Of a stretch of 64,000 nt of DNA, positions 37,401 through 51,129 are shown in pieces. Position 1 is the first letter of the stretch. The number at the start of each line of letters is the position of its first letter. The notes under the pieces were generated by a model. That model saw nothing but the letters and a program-made list of their open reading frames with translations, had not been told where the DNA came from and ran no database searches. The DNA is taken from assembly GCA_030141605.1 (NCBI GenBank), contig JAQGDQ010000010.1, forward strand, positions 310,001 through 374,000, read 5' to 3'. A program made the translations under genes and the position numbers. The stretch comes from Tubiluchus corallicola. Lineage: Eukaryota > Animalia > Priapulida.

Positions 37401-40400
37401 ACCAAGAACATTGGAATACCTACATCCACTTTGCTAGACCTTGTTAATGGCTACAGTTCAGCATTACAAACAGCATTTGATGAAGTTGCTCCACCTAAGC
37501 AATTTCTGGACAAAGCTCATACTATGTTGTATAACCAGCAGCTGCTTGCTTGCCGTAAAGGTCTTTGCAAATTAGAATGCAAATGGCTATAAGCAAACTA
37601 ACCATTGACCATGAGATGTTCAAGCAGCCAAGAAATTCTTACAGACGAAAGTTAAATGAAGCCCACACTGCACACCATCGTCAAAGAATTGACAATGCTG
37701 ATCAGAAAACCTTACACGGCATTATTGACAGTATCATAGGATATAAAAAGCAGTAGCGCCAATACTTCCAAACACTAATATCTCAGATCTACCAGAAGTG
37801 TTTGCTAAGTCTTTTCATTTAAAAATCTGTGAAATTCGACAGTGTTTTCTGCATGTCAACGTATAAATGAATTCATTAAAGCATTGTGTCCCTTAAAATA
37901 TTTTGAAGCAGTTTCAGACAACTTTGCTACCAAACTTGTCATGAATTTGCCATCCAAGTCGTGTATGTTAGATCCTCTGCCCACTTATCTCTTGAAAAAA
38001 AGTATACCAGAAATAGCACCTACTGAGACTGGTATTATTAATGAATTTTTAACACAGGGAGAATTCCAAGAATCATGCAAATCTGCAATAGTTTGATCAC
38101 AATTGAAAAAGCAATTTCCAAACTACCTCTTCTGTCCAAATTTATAGAAAAAGTAATTCACAAACAGTTGGATTTGTGTCTTTCTAGAAATTTTCTACCC
38201 TACTTATCAAACTGCATATTGTGGGCAACTTTGTACCAAGACTGCACTCATCAGGTTGCACAACAACATAATGTGTGCGCTAGATAAGCAAAAAGACGTA
38301 ATATTGATACTGATCCACCACTTTTGACACCATTGACCATAATATGTTGCTGCAGAGGTTACAGTGAATTTTCGGCATCACGGATGTTGTCTTAAATTGG
38401 TTCAAATCTTATGTATGTGGGAGAAATCAGTTCCCCAGGGTTCAATTTTGGGTACTGTTTTATTTAGTTTATATGCGGCTTCTCTAGAATCTATCATTCT
38501 AAGTCATAATATGCAATGCACCATGTACGCTGACGACACACAAACTCTACATCAAATATTAGGGGGCCAGTGCTCCAGTCAATCAAATTGAAGCATGTAT
38601 CAGTGAAATTCGACATCGGATGAAGGTCAACAAACTCACCTTAAACAATGACAACACAGAATATGTCCGTTTCTCAAATAAATTGACAGTTCGTGTACTA
38701 TGTCAGCGTACCTTAGTCGGTCAGCATCATTGGCTTTGTGGAAAATCAGACATATTCTCACACACCAAACAACTGAAAAACTCATACATGCCTTCATAAC
38801 GTCCAAACAAGATTATTCCAATAGTTTACTTTTTGAATTCCCTGACCATGAAAATCGCAAACTCCAACTAATTCAGAACTCTGCTGCCCGTCTCATTACA
38901 AAAACTAGAAAACATGATCATATTACACTCATTCTAAGAGAGTTACATTGGTTGCCGATAAAGTTCCGAATTCAATTTAAAATCTTTGTATTACCTACAA
39001 AATACTACATGGTTTAGCACCTGTATATCTTACTGATCTTTTAATATGCCATAACATGGACTGAACACTTCGTTCTAGTAATTCTAATGAACAAATTAAT
39101 TTGCATTAGCCAATTCCTAAAACAGTATTCTATGGTGAAAAAGCTTTTTCTGTCTGTGTTCCGCATCTCTGGAATAATTTACCTGTTTCTATACATTCTG
39201 CAAACTCATTAGATTGTTTTAAACATATTTGTTTAAATAGCACTTTTTATGATGATATATTTTTAATGTAGTTTAAATTTTATGTTACGTACGAATTTTA
39301 AATGTATTTTATGGTTCAGCATGCTGAGATTTTAAATGATGTAGTGTGCTATATAAATAAATTTTACGTTACATTTCGGATGTCTGACAAATGGAAATGA
39401 AATGAATGAGAAAGAATGAAAAGAAATTGGAAATGAGCACCTACATGTTAGTAAAAAGTGTCTATGTGCAGTGGCCTAAACTAAATTTTGCTGCTGAATG
39501 AGTTCATTCCACAAGATGTGTTGTATTTACATAATGTTAGAAAAATAAACTTGCTGGAATCCTTCTTTAAGTTTAAATTCACAAAAATTAGTTGCCAGAA
39601 ACAAAAAACGGAAATGCCATGTCATCACACTACAATATAAGACTAGCAATAGTACCTATCTTTTTAACAGAAAGTAAGAAATGGAAAATTCACACAACTA
39701 TAATTCACAAGGAATTTAGATGTATCATTTTCTAACATAGCATGTTATTATTAACTTTAATTTAGTGCACTTGATCTGTGAATTACCTGAATTGTCTGGG
39801 TAGATCACATCATAGCCAGGTAATGGCAGAACAACATCAGTTATTGAGTATTTTGTGACATCATCACTTGTTAGTATGTGCAGTTCATGCTTAGTAAGCT
39901 TCTTTTCTACTGGTAAATCTAAAAAAAGCAAGTTAATATGTGACATCAGCTATTTTAATGTAGACTGACAAAAGTGTAATTGCAAAAATCAAATTTTAGT
40001 CAGAGAAATCTTCAGAATAGAACATTTATCTGAAAATGTCACTGCTAATTAAGATAATTCACTTTTAAAGGTGGGCCTCATATTTCCACATGTTACCTTA
40101 CATCATTTAGTGCAATATTTGTAATATCTAAAATGTCTTGCATTGAAAAATGACTTTACAGTTTGGAAATTGCAACACCAATGCCTAAATATTGTCAGCT
40201 AGCATTTAGATTAGAATTGATTCTTTAGTTCAACAGCAAGGTCATAGATTACACAAAAAATACACACACAATTACAATTATATTTGTAACAATAGTTACA
40301 AAGAACATCTAAAACTACAACCATTAAAACATAATAAAAATACTACATTTAGAATTAGAAAACAATTCATTCAATAGACACGTATCATTTTAACACTGCA

Positions 40401-43400
40401 ATCAGTTTTCAGTTATCTATACCTAAACGGTAGACAACATACAGTCCATTTCGAATTCATTTATACTGCAGACTAAAAACAAATGTCTAAGTTTAAAATA
40501 CATTTCACGCTTGACAAGCCAGCAAGTAGCTTTTACATCAATTCAATATAGAAACAGCAAGGGACAACACAGGGTAACACAATATGGCACAATGAATGCA
40601 ATTTAAATGCAAGACTACAATTCGAAGTAGCACAGCACAAAATTACACAACACATAATGCAACACATGCATATATAACACAACGCATCATATACAGTGTT
40701 CCCTCACTTATCACGGGTGTTCCGTTGCAGGCCCACCCGCGATAAGTGAATTTCTGCGAATCAGGGACGCTATACTCATTTTAGTAGTTATACATTATTT
40801 TAAATCTTTTCAAACCCTCCCCACACTCTTATACATAACCCTTTCCCATTCCCTTGATAATTTTTCCCATACTGTACATGTACCTTCTAAAAAACTTTAC
40901 TTAAATGTTCATAAAAATGTTTTAAACTCTTAAACCTAGATACGTAATTTTAAAAATTTGATATGGGTACTCACCATTGAAGATACGTCCTACAGCTTAG
41001 CATAATGACAATGAATTAGCTGTGCAGTAATGATGATGATGGAGATGAAGATGACATAAATGTCAAGAAGAGTATTACTGCTCTTCTAAAGGCACCACTT
41101 CATCAGGTGGTGCAGTATCTTCGGCATTGGACTTAACTTCTACTACTTCCGCTAAAGGCGTAGGCGTAACAGATCTCTTCATGCGAGTTATGCACATAGT
41201 TATGGGGAGTTACTGGCGCTGCTTCTTTGCCTGGATGAACATTGAACTACGCATATGCAAAAATACTTTAGACGGAGTACCGCAAAAACCCGCGAAACAG
41301 CGGAAATACCATGATAAATATTTTACATTAATATTTTGAAAACCCGCGAAACAGCGAGTCTGCGATAAATGAACCATGAAGTAGCGAGGGAACACTGTAG
41401 TGCACTCCATATCACAACATGAAAGTAAGAGATACTAAAACACATGTACAAGCAGGAGTAGAAATCATTCAGCTGACATTATTGCATACCTTCTTTAGTG
41501 ACCAAGTCCCCGGGAATCGGGTTCAAACTCAAGTGCAATCGTTTTGAAACAATTTTGTTCCAGACATAACTCTGGTAACTGTGAATATACATGAGACGAA
41601 GATTACGAGGCAGCTACAAGAAACATAAAAAATTTCACATAGTGTTAGTTGCTTCAATTTCATTAAAAATTTGTCATGTATTTGCTACTTCTATTTTATC
41701 ACTAGGTTAGCATAACCAGAACTGCTTCAACATTCAAAAATAAAATATAAAGCCTGATACGAAAGCACAGCACCATGTACTTGCCTTGTAGATACGTAAA
41801 AGTTTTGTTAAACATTTTTGTAGCATAATTTCAATGATAATAATGCATCAAAAAAGAAAATGGTTATAAACCATTTAATCATCAGCACCCACAATCATGA
41901 TCATTGTTGCCATCACTGTCATCATCACCACCACTGCTGCTGCCACCACTACCACCGCCATCATCATCACCTTCAACATTACCATTTCTATGGCCTGGAA
42001 GTAGTTATTTCTTTCCTTAGATTTGCCCAGCTTTCTGTCTAAGTTTTCTAGAAGCTGTCGTTCCACAGACCAGCATTTTGGTAATTTAGCCTTGGCAGCA
42101 GCTGCATCCTGTGTTTTCCACCAGATGACTCTGCTCTCTTCACACCTGTCTGAGCACAACGAAATTAAATAGAATGATAAAATTCAAAGAAGTACTGCCA
42201 GCCGGGAAAATTTTGCATACTGAGAAGTATTGCAAATTTCGTGACAAAATCAGGTCAAGCAAAAAATAAAAGGTGACAATCACTTTTACCTCATGTTAAA
42301 CAAGGTCAGATTATTTTACGGGCTAGTATACGTTGCAGATTGGGGGCCCTCGAGTTTTGGTAACATTTGGTAAAAAATTCGTTTTTTCACTATGGCTGTG
42401 TTGAAATTTCAGCTAATTTGGTTTGGAATAAATGGTAAAATGGCGGTATTTCTTAAAGAATATTTTTCAAAAAACTGACAAACAAAAGATAGCAATTCTA
42501 GTTATTTACAGAATTTGTGACAAATTTTCTTCAAGCTATGTAAATGTCGCTAAAATATATTACGAGTAAAAATATTCAAGATGGGTGGGTGCAGGGGAGT
42601 TAGAGGGTGGCTATGTCTGAGGGGAGCCCCATAATTTCATTAGCCTAGGACCGCAAAAAGGTCATAATCCAGCGCTATATGTAAATTCGATATATGCATG
42701 TGTAAACTTCACTCTATGCAGGTTTTAATAGTCAAGTAGACACCATCTTACCTGATGGTCCAGTCCTGCGAGGTTTAAGTATTAGTTGAACAGCCTCGCT
42801 CCACTTACTAAGAAGCAATGCTCGCCCTATATGGTGAGTTGGGATCCTCGTTACTCCAAACCGCTGCATACCATAATAGTTAATAAAGCCATGTTCTTTT
42901 AAGTTAAGCATTGCCTTATGGATGTCACTAACAGAACCAGTTACATTCCTAAAGAATATTAACTTTATTGCCATATTAAAAAATGCTGTGCTCAGCTTCC
43001 CATCATTGACTCTTTGATGCAATTTGTGGTTTGACTTTTACTTGTTACATGACAAACAGTTTCTTAAGTATAGCATAGTGCACAATGCTAACACATCACA
43101 AACAATTATTATACAAATACTGTAGTGCAGCATGTTAAAAAATGAGCAATGAATTCAAGCACAGAAGAGAATTTGTGATATGCAATTGTTTGGAGCACAT
43201 AACCATCTAATAAGCTTTGCTTGCAAAGACACTTAAATAATCTTTCAAGTTTTAACTCGAATCAATTTATTTAATTAAACTAGTTTTCTAACAAGGTTTT
43301 ATTTGATATATCACAAGGAACAGTGAAACAATAGCAGGAAGACAGCACCGAACCTTTATTTTCAATTTTGGCTGCATCCAAAATTTTGTAAATAGATCCA

Positions 43401-46113
43401 AAATGGTATGCACAGTTAGATCATGTGACTCATACCACATATGGTAGTGCAATGTGTGTGTCTGTGTTACTTCATGTTTGATCACCATGATTTCTCTACA
43501 CGAGTTTAAGTAAGTGGTGCACAATAGCTAAAAAAACACAGGATGTGGGGTGAAAGAAATAGCTAACTTGGCAGGGCAAATGTCAGTCATTACATTTAAG
43601 CAACTTCTCCTGGTTTAGTGTCTCATTTTAGAAAATTATTTTCGGTAAAGAGCTAGATTCCTATTCTGCCACAACCATCTATATAAGCCAGTGAGTGATG
43701 CATCGTTACTTGCAGAACATCATGCTACATGACAAAAGTCATAACCTTAAATAGCAAAGAGACAAACTGTCACAGCAATAATTTAGACAGTAATGTACCT
43801 TAGAACAATCTGAAAAACATTTCCGCTAATGTCCTGACCAAGCTTAAGTGGCTCCTTTTTATAACAGAAATTTCCAAGTCTTATTCCTGTCAGCTTTTTG
43901 CTTAGGCATTGCAGACGAAGTGCTTCACCGCTAAAAAGCAAATGAAAAATAAGCATAGCATGACCATAGTTTTGACGAATAAAGGACCATTTAATTTTGC
44001 TTTAATTTTTGGTAATGTAAAGTCTAAACCAACAGAATACTTGGAAGTCTGACATTAAGCTAGTACCTGGTGGCACAGCTCAATGGTAGCATACTTGCTT
44101 ACCTGCCAGGAGCTCGTGGGTTCAACTCTCGACCAAGTCATACCAAAGACTTGAAAAATTGTAACACTGGTTCTTTGACCAACTACGCGAATTTGTTGAA
44201 GTAATGTGCATTTAATAATAATAGGGACCACCTTGGAAATAAGTATTACGTTACTTAAGGTGTTATCCTTGGACTATGTATTTAAACAAAATTATTATAA
44301 GGTGAGCTGATAGGTTAGTTTTAAATGATATACAATACTGAGAAGAAATGTACAATCTTGCATTAAATGATGGCTGATTTAGTTAAATATGTTTGAGGTT
44401 CTGACAGCTGGTCAGTTGTCAGTTGTCACCTATCCCTTTAAGCATAACTCTGAGTATATAATACACAGCGAATTTAGTATACATGGATATTTTAATTACG
44501 TTCATGACCGACATTAAGCAACAACAGAAACAATTAAAGAATTAAAAGGAAGAAGAAAATACCCTTTAATGCATATAGCCTGAACTGTTTTTCCCCGTTT
44601 ATCTTTTGTGCCGGCATATGTAACATATTTTGAAAACTTTCTTGGTGGCTGCCTGAAAATAAAATAAAAGTATTGCCCTGAAAATAGTTAATACAGGAAT
44701 ATAAGAAATCAATGCAGATTTATTCTTAAAAGAACATGCAAACATGCATATAGCTTGCCAACTATCAATGTAATTCGGAATGCAACATAAAGTTCAATCG
44801 GAAAACGTTAACGTAAATTTTGTAGACATTTAACAAATTGAGACCATACATCCAAGCAGCATGATTTATTAATGAAGCTCCGCGGTGTGTGCTGGTATGT
44901 GTATGTATGTGTGCGGGTGTGTGTATGTATGCGTGCGTGTGTGTGGATGCATGCGTGCGTGTGTGGCTCATAAGTCTGTGGACTGTAAACCAAGAAAGCG
45001 AGAACTTGAAAGCGTCCAATTCATCTGCTAAGTTTTCAGTCAATACAAATTTCATTTTTTTTCTAGACATTTATTCAAAAACATTGCATTAAAAGTAGAT
45101 TTTCTGGGTAGCACATTACTCAAAAAATTATTGAAACATGAGTTAACTAACCCCATTGCTTGACCAATATTACATATTGCTCGTGTCGTATCAAGATTTT
45201 CTTTATACATCAAACAGTGTAAATAGATGCCTGAACTTTTTGGTCTCCTTTCACAACTACCTGGAAATAAAACAACATACTTTATCTCTACATTATTAAC
45301 TTAAAGAACGAATTTACAGACATGAATAACCGAAACACATATTTAATGGACAGTGATATTTAAAGCAGCACTGAAGGCTAAATATGAATAAGGTGAAAAT
45401 ATGCTTTACACGTAGCTGTAACAGTATCATATTTAAAAACAGACAGAAAGTTTTGTACAGGCAGGAGTAAGCCATTTTAGTTTTTGCATGACATCACTGG
45501 TATCTCTAGTGCTTTCAACAATACATGCGTGTATGCGGTAAAACACAGACAAAACGTTACTGCATCAGAAGTTTTCAGCTGAATCACAAAAATTACACAT
45601 CACAGACGGTCAGAAATAAAGGAAATGGGGTAGTATATGAAAAATCATCCTGTCTTTCTTTAAAGTAAGCATCATTTTCCGAGAGCCTTGACTTTTCCTT
45701 CTAATGTGTTTGTAAGTTGATGCGAGTTACATGAACTCTATCTAAAGGAGACAACGTAAAAGAAACTAATACCATGTTTACTGGTTACGGAGACAATTAT
45801 AACTCTCTTTCCATCCTTTTCTACCATTTCTCTATATAAGTTAGGATATAAACTATTCAAGGTTTGATGAATTCTGGTTCGATATTCCTTATTGGCATTA
45901 CTAGGCTGAAACAAAAAAAACTACATGTTATGATTTAGAAGTTTCTTCTGTTTTTATGTGAATAAAAAAATTCAGAATTACAGAGTGGCTGCTAGAATAG
46001 GCTCTGACTATGTAAAGAACGTATTTGTTAATTTATTCATTCATCATTTATTCAATTCTAGTTGCTATGTCAGTTGGTTGGTTTACTGTTTGTTTTCAGT
46101 TTACTATACAATA

Positions 46114-46145
<32 letters not shown>

Positions 46146-49100
46146 GAGATGATGATGATGATAATAACTATTAGTATTAATAATACTAATATCCTAAGAC
46201 CAAATTTAAAAAGTACGCAACAGTAATAAATGAATCAACTGTATGGATCTCAAACACAAAAAAAACTCACAGACCAACAAAGAGAACTGAATAGATCATG
46301 AGCAAATGACTAAATACAAGACTTCTTCATTATCAAGACTTATGGTGACAAAATTACTTTTATGATTACTGGCTATGCTAATACCTTCCACCCATTATGT
46401 TATGTACTGACATGAAGTACTCAGTGATTCTCAGGCAAAAAAATTGAGTGGTCAAGGGTGTGAGCTTCACGATCAAACTTAAGAAACATTGATCCTGAGC
46501 AGCTGGTGGATGGATATTGCTTCTGGGTGGTTTCATCTGCTAAACTGTTTTTGATTATTTCTATTTTTGAAAGAAGTTCCATATACATGCTAAGACATTC
46601 ATTGCAGTTTAGTGTCTCATCTTACAACATTGATCTAACTTGGTACTAACATGGCTACAGCCTGCTTACATTAAGTAGGCTCTACCAATGAGCATACAGG
46701 ACAGCGGCAAAGTGCTATACTATATAAAACAGGCAAATGTATAGGCATTATGTAGTGCGCATAATTAATCAATCTGTCGCTGCCAAATAAGTATTCTTTT
46801 TTCTTAACAATTAGCTGAGATCATTCTGCCCACAGCCAAAGATCTCAGGCCAAATTTACTACTGGAACCTGAAAATTACCTTATGAAAAATCAGCACGCT
46901 AGTAATTGTTAATTATCATCAGCACAACAATAGCATACAAACCAAGCTAATGGATATTGATGGTAAATTGCCAAGATTTACTTCTCTTAACTGAGCTAGC
47001 TCTTCAGCACTCAAAATGTCAACATCACATGTCTGAAAGGAAATAAAACTGTCACAGGTCTTGGTGCTTTGACATTTTAAACATGCAATAGAATAAAATA
47101 TGCAAATATTCCCCACATGGCATAGATTCGTCTACTATAAGATTCTATGTAGAAAATTGTAAAGATTGTTTACATACAGCAAAGACTTACATCATGAAGA
47201 GTTCAGAAGGAATCACATCCAGTATTTTTATACTACAGTACGTCCTCGCTTAATGGTACCCTGTTTAACGGTGTTTCATTTTAATGATGCTGCATATTTG
47301 ACACCTTTTTCACTCAACATGCATGTTTTGTTTTAACGATGACTTTTTAACTTTGCACAAAGCTAATTTGAATCGCTAAAATATTTCTTGCTTTCTGTTC
47401 TGCTTGTTTTTCTGTTCAAAAGAGCTGCTAAGAGTGTTAAAAATATGTAACTCACAGTATTATTTCATGCTTTGTTTCCAACAGCCTGCTAAAGACTGCA
47501 AAGACTGCTTCTCTATCAAGCGCAATCCATTTTATTATTTCTTACTAACATTAAGTCTTACACCATCTGACTGCGAGTTCAAACGTTTCCTAAACGAAAT
47601 CTGTGCCTACAGCCCGTTGCTACAGCAACTAGTGCCTCGACGAAATTAAGCCAGTAAAGTTTTACATCGCTTTAAAGTTAATCACTACACCAGCAGAAGC
47701 AAGGTTGTAACAGGCATTATTTGCAGCAGATTCATAGCAGCGTGTGCTGAGATGCAGCTTGAAAGTCAAGTGGGGGCTACGTGTAGATAAAAACGATGGG
47801 TAGTTTCAAAGCAAGTAGAATATGCACAAAAACCCATAAAATGTTTAATTTATATGAACTAAGTACTGTTGATATTTGCCCTGGAGCGTAACTCAATGTT
47901 TTTACATTACTTTCTATGGAAAATCTTCGTTTAGATGTTTCGCTTAATGACATAGTTTTCTGGAGGATCGTTTTTTCATTGGGCCAAACTTTTGCAAGTA
48001 AAAGTGCCAAATCAATAAAGGGACAATCCCGAATATTATCCAAGGATTCTCAAACTATGAATTAGGTAATATTTTGCACCATTTACACTTTCTTACACTT
48101 CTAGAAGCTTATCTTGTAATAAAATGCCAAAAACAAAATTCAAATGCTTCATTTAGTTGGAATTGAGGTTATTCAAATTTATGAAAAAAATATACTAGGA
48201 TTCTGCAAATCGTACTATTCTGGTGAAAAAGTGTTGTGAGATGGATTTACAAACCAATTCTTTCTTTTCTTCTTTGGGCGGTGATAAATCTGTTAAGTGC
48301 AACGTTTCGCCACATGAATTAATCTCATTAACCAGAAAGTCTGAGTATCTAAAAATAAACAAATATTTCCTACAGTGATATCAGACTTAAAGTTTAAAGC
48401 CTGCTTATAGTCAAACAGAAGCTATAAAGACACTAGCAAAGCAAGAAGAGTGAATGGTTACCGAGGTTGAAAAACATCGACCCTGGTTAGTAAATGTATA
48501 CGGGACAGTAGAAAAATTGCTTCTCATTGATTTTTATTGCCACATTCATTACCTTGTTGAAATAGGGTATGTGCATTCAGACATATTTAAAATACCTCTG
48601 TTAGTTCAATGATTCATCTTAGAGGATTAACCATGATAATGAGTGGTACAGTGTTCCCTCGATACTTCATGGTTCGTTTATCGCGGACTCGCTGTTTCGC
48701 GGGTTTTCAAAAATATTAATGTAAAATATTTATCGCGATATTTTCGCTCTTTTGCGGCACTCCATCTAAACTATTTTTACACATGCGTAGTACGTATTGT
48801 ACAGTAATGTATAGATTTGATGAATTTTGCATAAAAAATGACAAAATGTATAAAAATATATTAAAAATATTAATTCAAACATTAAAAGAACATTATAAAT
48901 CATAAAAAAAACCACTTACAGTACATAGTGTATTTATTTGGCGCATGAATACACACCAAAAACGAAATGCAGAACTTGCGCCCGCTTGAGATGCTACTTG
49001 CCGATGTGGGATTGTACACAACACACGATTGGTATGTATAAGAGTGTGGGGAAGGTTTATAAAAACTTAAAATAATGTATAAGTACTAATATAAGTATAG

Positions 49101-50554
49101 CGTCCCTACTTCGCGGAAATTCACTTCGGAACGGAACGGGCCTGGAACGGAACACTCGCGATAAGTGAGGGAACACTGTACTAGTTTTGAAACAAACATC
49201 CACATAATAACAGCTACACTGTATCTCGTGAGCTAGAAACTGCATACACCCTACCACAAAAAGGAATATTATATCAAACTAAAAAAAGATGCAAGCGAGA
49301 ATTAAGGCTGTAACGATACACTTAGGTTATGATATGATACCAACTTCACGATACGATACGCAACACGATACACTTCAGTTAATGTTTGCAGGCTCATTAA
49401 AAAAAATCTAGATGAAGCCATTGATAAAAATGTTAAACATATTTATCAGTCATCAGTTTTAAGATTGTTAAATGCTAAAATAATTTGACAGGATAGTTTG
49501 GTTTTTATTTATTACTTGCATAATTTGTAGGCTATTGTTTGGATTGAAAGCCACCAGAAAATCAAAACATATCAATACTTTAGCTTCAAAAGCTGCTTGT
49601 GCATTTTTAGGTTCACATTTGCCATTTCACAAGTTAACATGCAAGCAACATAATTAGCCTATTACGGATTAAACACCTTGCATTTTCAACCGATTTGGCC
49701 ACTAGCAGTGCCAGTGTTAAGTCAACTACTGGTCGCTGCACTGATTGATAGGTATCTACAGTACACTCCACAGGTACAGCTTGAATCACTTCAAATCGTT
49801 AATATGAGCATATAGGTGCTAATTTGCTAAAGATCGTTACGTCAGAATATCAATATACAGGTGCACTCTGACAATGCGCATATCATAATAAGAGATATGA
49901 CAATGAATCGAAATATCATTACAGGCCTAGTGAGAATGAGTGACAGAAAAAAGTTCATTGAGTGACTGAAAAAAGTTCATAATATATTCTTCACACCAAA
50001 GCATATTCTCTATACCACAAAAATTAATTCCATCTAGAAAGTGATACCACGATATGAGTTCCGAATACTTAATTTTGATTACACTATCACATAATGTTAT
50101 ACTAGTTCTACAAATTTCTGTTAAAAAATTCATTAAAAGGACAGCAATCACAGAAATTATACCTTTGTTTCAGTATTCCACCAATTCCAGCATTTCTACT
50201 GTTCATGTATTCCGTGATTCCAACATCAGTTTCCTTTGTAAAATCACTTTGTGACAGTGAGTCTGAATTAGCATCAGCCCCTACTGAGCATGCCGAGCTG
50301 TTAGTCACAAAGAGTGACTTAGCCACAACATTTTGTGAGTCAGAAGCTATTACATCAGAATTGACATTATAATCAACTACTTTTTCTTCAGATATACTAA
50401 TGTCCTCTTTTGCAGAAAACACATTACCGTCACACTTGGTAACTTCGACATCACCAGCTGAGCAGTCTATTGATATTGTCTTGGCTGTTTCTTTTAGAGC
50501 AGCATCAAGTCTTGGTCTTTTGTTTGAGCTAGGAATATCTAAAGCATGTTCCAT
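34459..50554 (-). CDS. PUS7: Pseudouridine synthase 7 (TruD family), 698 aa, 14 coding exons
   Basis: Exons (minus): 50554-50163, 48348-48255, 47032-46943, 45905-45773, 45260-45152, 44652-44563, 43930-43799, 42948-42752, 42149-41983, 41613-41490, 39918-39787, 35902-35833, 35232-35081, 34673-34459; total 2097 nt, all GT-AG, phases consistent. Motifs: [30 protein letters not shown], catalytic [84 protein letters not shown]. Confidence 0.96.
35525..35807. mobile_element. hAT-type MITE in PUS7 intron
   Basis: Imperfect TIRs TAGGAATGAGCATT / AATGCTCACTCGTA, subterminal TTCGA repeats, 8-bp TSD CTGTACAT / CTGTATAT. Confidence 0.75.
36250..39375 (+). mobile_element. Decayed L2-clade non-LTR retrotransposon (APE endonuclease + RT), antisense within PUS7 intron
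   Basis: Fragmented ORF motifs: [39 protein letters not shown] (endonuclease); [41 protein letters not shown] (RT); [40 protein letters not shown]. Many frameshifts, stops and internal deletions; A-rich tail near 39350. 5' boundary is approximate. Confidence 0.92.
40694..41397 (-). mobile_element. Tigger/pogo (Tc1-mariner superfamily) internally deleted element, copy A
   Basis: TIR CAGTGTTCCCTC...GAGGGAACACTG flanked by TA on both sides. Minus strand retains a putative transposase C-terminal remnant ([15 protein letters not shown]...VVPLEEQ*). Confidence 0.85.
41878..41975. repeat. Degenerate (CAT/CAC)n tract
   Basis: Immediately downstream (on -) of the PUS7 donor at 41982. Confidence 0.8.
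42301..42677. mobile_element. Degenerate hAT-like MITE
   Basis: Imperfect termini CAAGGTCAGATTAT / ATAATCCAGCGCTA with internal GGGGGCCC motifs. A related end fragment (GGATTATGACC...GGGCCCCTAGGCTA) lies near 34888-34925. TSD is unclear. Confidence 0.45.
44069..44300 (+). mobile_element. tRNA-derived SINE (MetaSINE-like) in PUS7 intron
   Basis: A-box-like TGGCACAGCTCAATGG and B-box GGTTCAACTC, followed by GTCATACCAAAGACTTGAAAAATTG (resembles the Meta central domain as I recall it) and a LINE-like 3' tail (GGACCACCTTGGAAATAAG...GTGTTATCC). Confidence 0.65.
44885..44965. repeat. Degenerate (TG)n microsatellite
   Basis: Directly visible. Confidence 0.85.
46113..46165. repeat. (GAT)n microsatellite
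   Basis: Directly visible. Confidence 0.9.
48649..49178 (+). mobile_element. Tigger/pogo non-autonomous element, copy B (inverted relative to copy A)
   Basis: Same TIR CAGTGTTCCCTC with TA TSD. 48649-~48790 is the near-identical reverse complement of ~41258-41397, and ~49040-49178 matches the reverse complement of 40694-~40840. Confidence 0.87.
49303..49929. mobile_element. hAT-type MITE in PUS7 intron
   Basis: TIRs TAAGGCTGTAACGATA / TATCATTACAGGCCTA, subterminal CGATA repeats, 8-bp TSD GCGAGAAT / GTGAGAAT (one CpG-type change). Confidence 0.8.
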
Positions 50555-51129
50555 CTTTAGAGGTAAATATCACCTTGGAATTGAGTTTATTGGGCTTTTC
50601 TGTTACGCCATTAACCTTAGAAAACAAATCAATAAAATGATGAACATTAAATGCTAGTCTTCGCTCTTATAACAATACCGAAGTGAACTTTGGTCTGGAG
50701 ACAACAAATAATAACAGTTTAATAATTAAAAGACACTTGTATTCAAGCTTTTTAAGGTCTCTCATGCATAGCAATGTAATTATTCTGCCATTATCGTGAT
50801 TTGTGACCGCCTGTCAAATTCATAAACAGCAAAAAATTATCAATTTACATGTGTGTGAACATCATTTATATACTGATAGAGAGTGGTAAATAAAGGGGAA
50901 AATGAACCATTCTTAAAAGAATTTGTTTCATTGAAAAAAAACAACATTAGAATTTGATTAGATGGGGGAATACACTTACAGAAATGGCTAAGAGCATGTA
51001 AAAAAAGTAGAATGCTTGTGTCATGCTCAAAATACGCAGTATGTAACTTATAGCCAGTATATTTACAATTCCACTAAAATGATGACTATACAACATTGAG
51101 TGCAATACAAAGCCAAATCTGGCCTGGAG

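Noticed and set aside
44069-44135. Functional tRNA gene
   Set aside because: No complete cloverleaf or Pol III terminator; it continues into a SINE body.
45742-45772. Apparent 31-nt intron in PUS7 followed by an extra exon
   Set aside because: The downstream frame hits TAG after 13 codons; the correct in-phase exon begins at 45260.
47236-48050. Tigger-like left end (TACAGTACGTCCTCGCTTAA) and ORF 47777-48043
   Set aside because: No matching right TIR and no recognisable transposase motif.
34674-50162. Intronic snoRNAs in PUS7
   Set aside because: No convincing C/D box pair with terminal stem or H/ACA structure found by eye; an Infernal/Rfam scan would be needed to exclude them.
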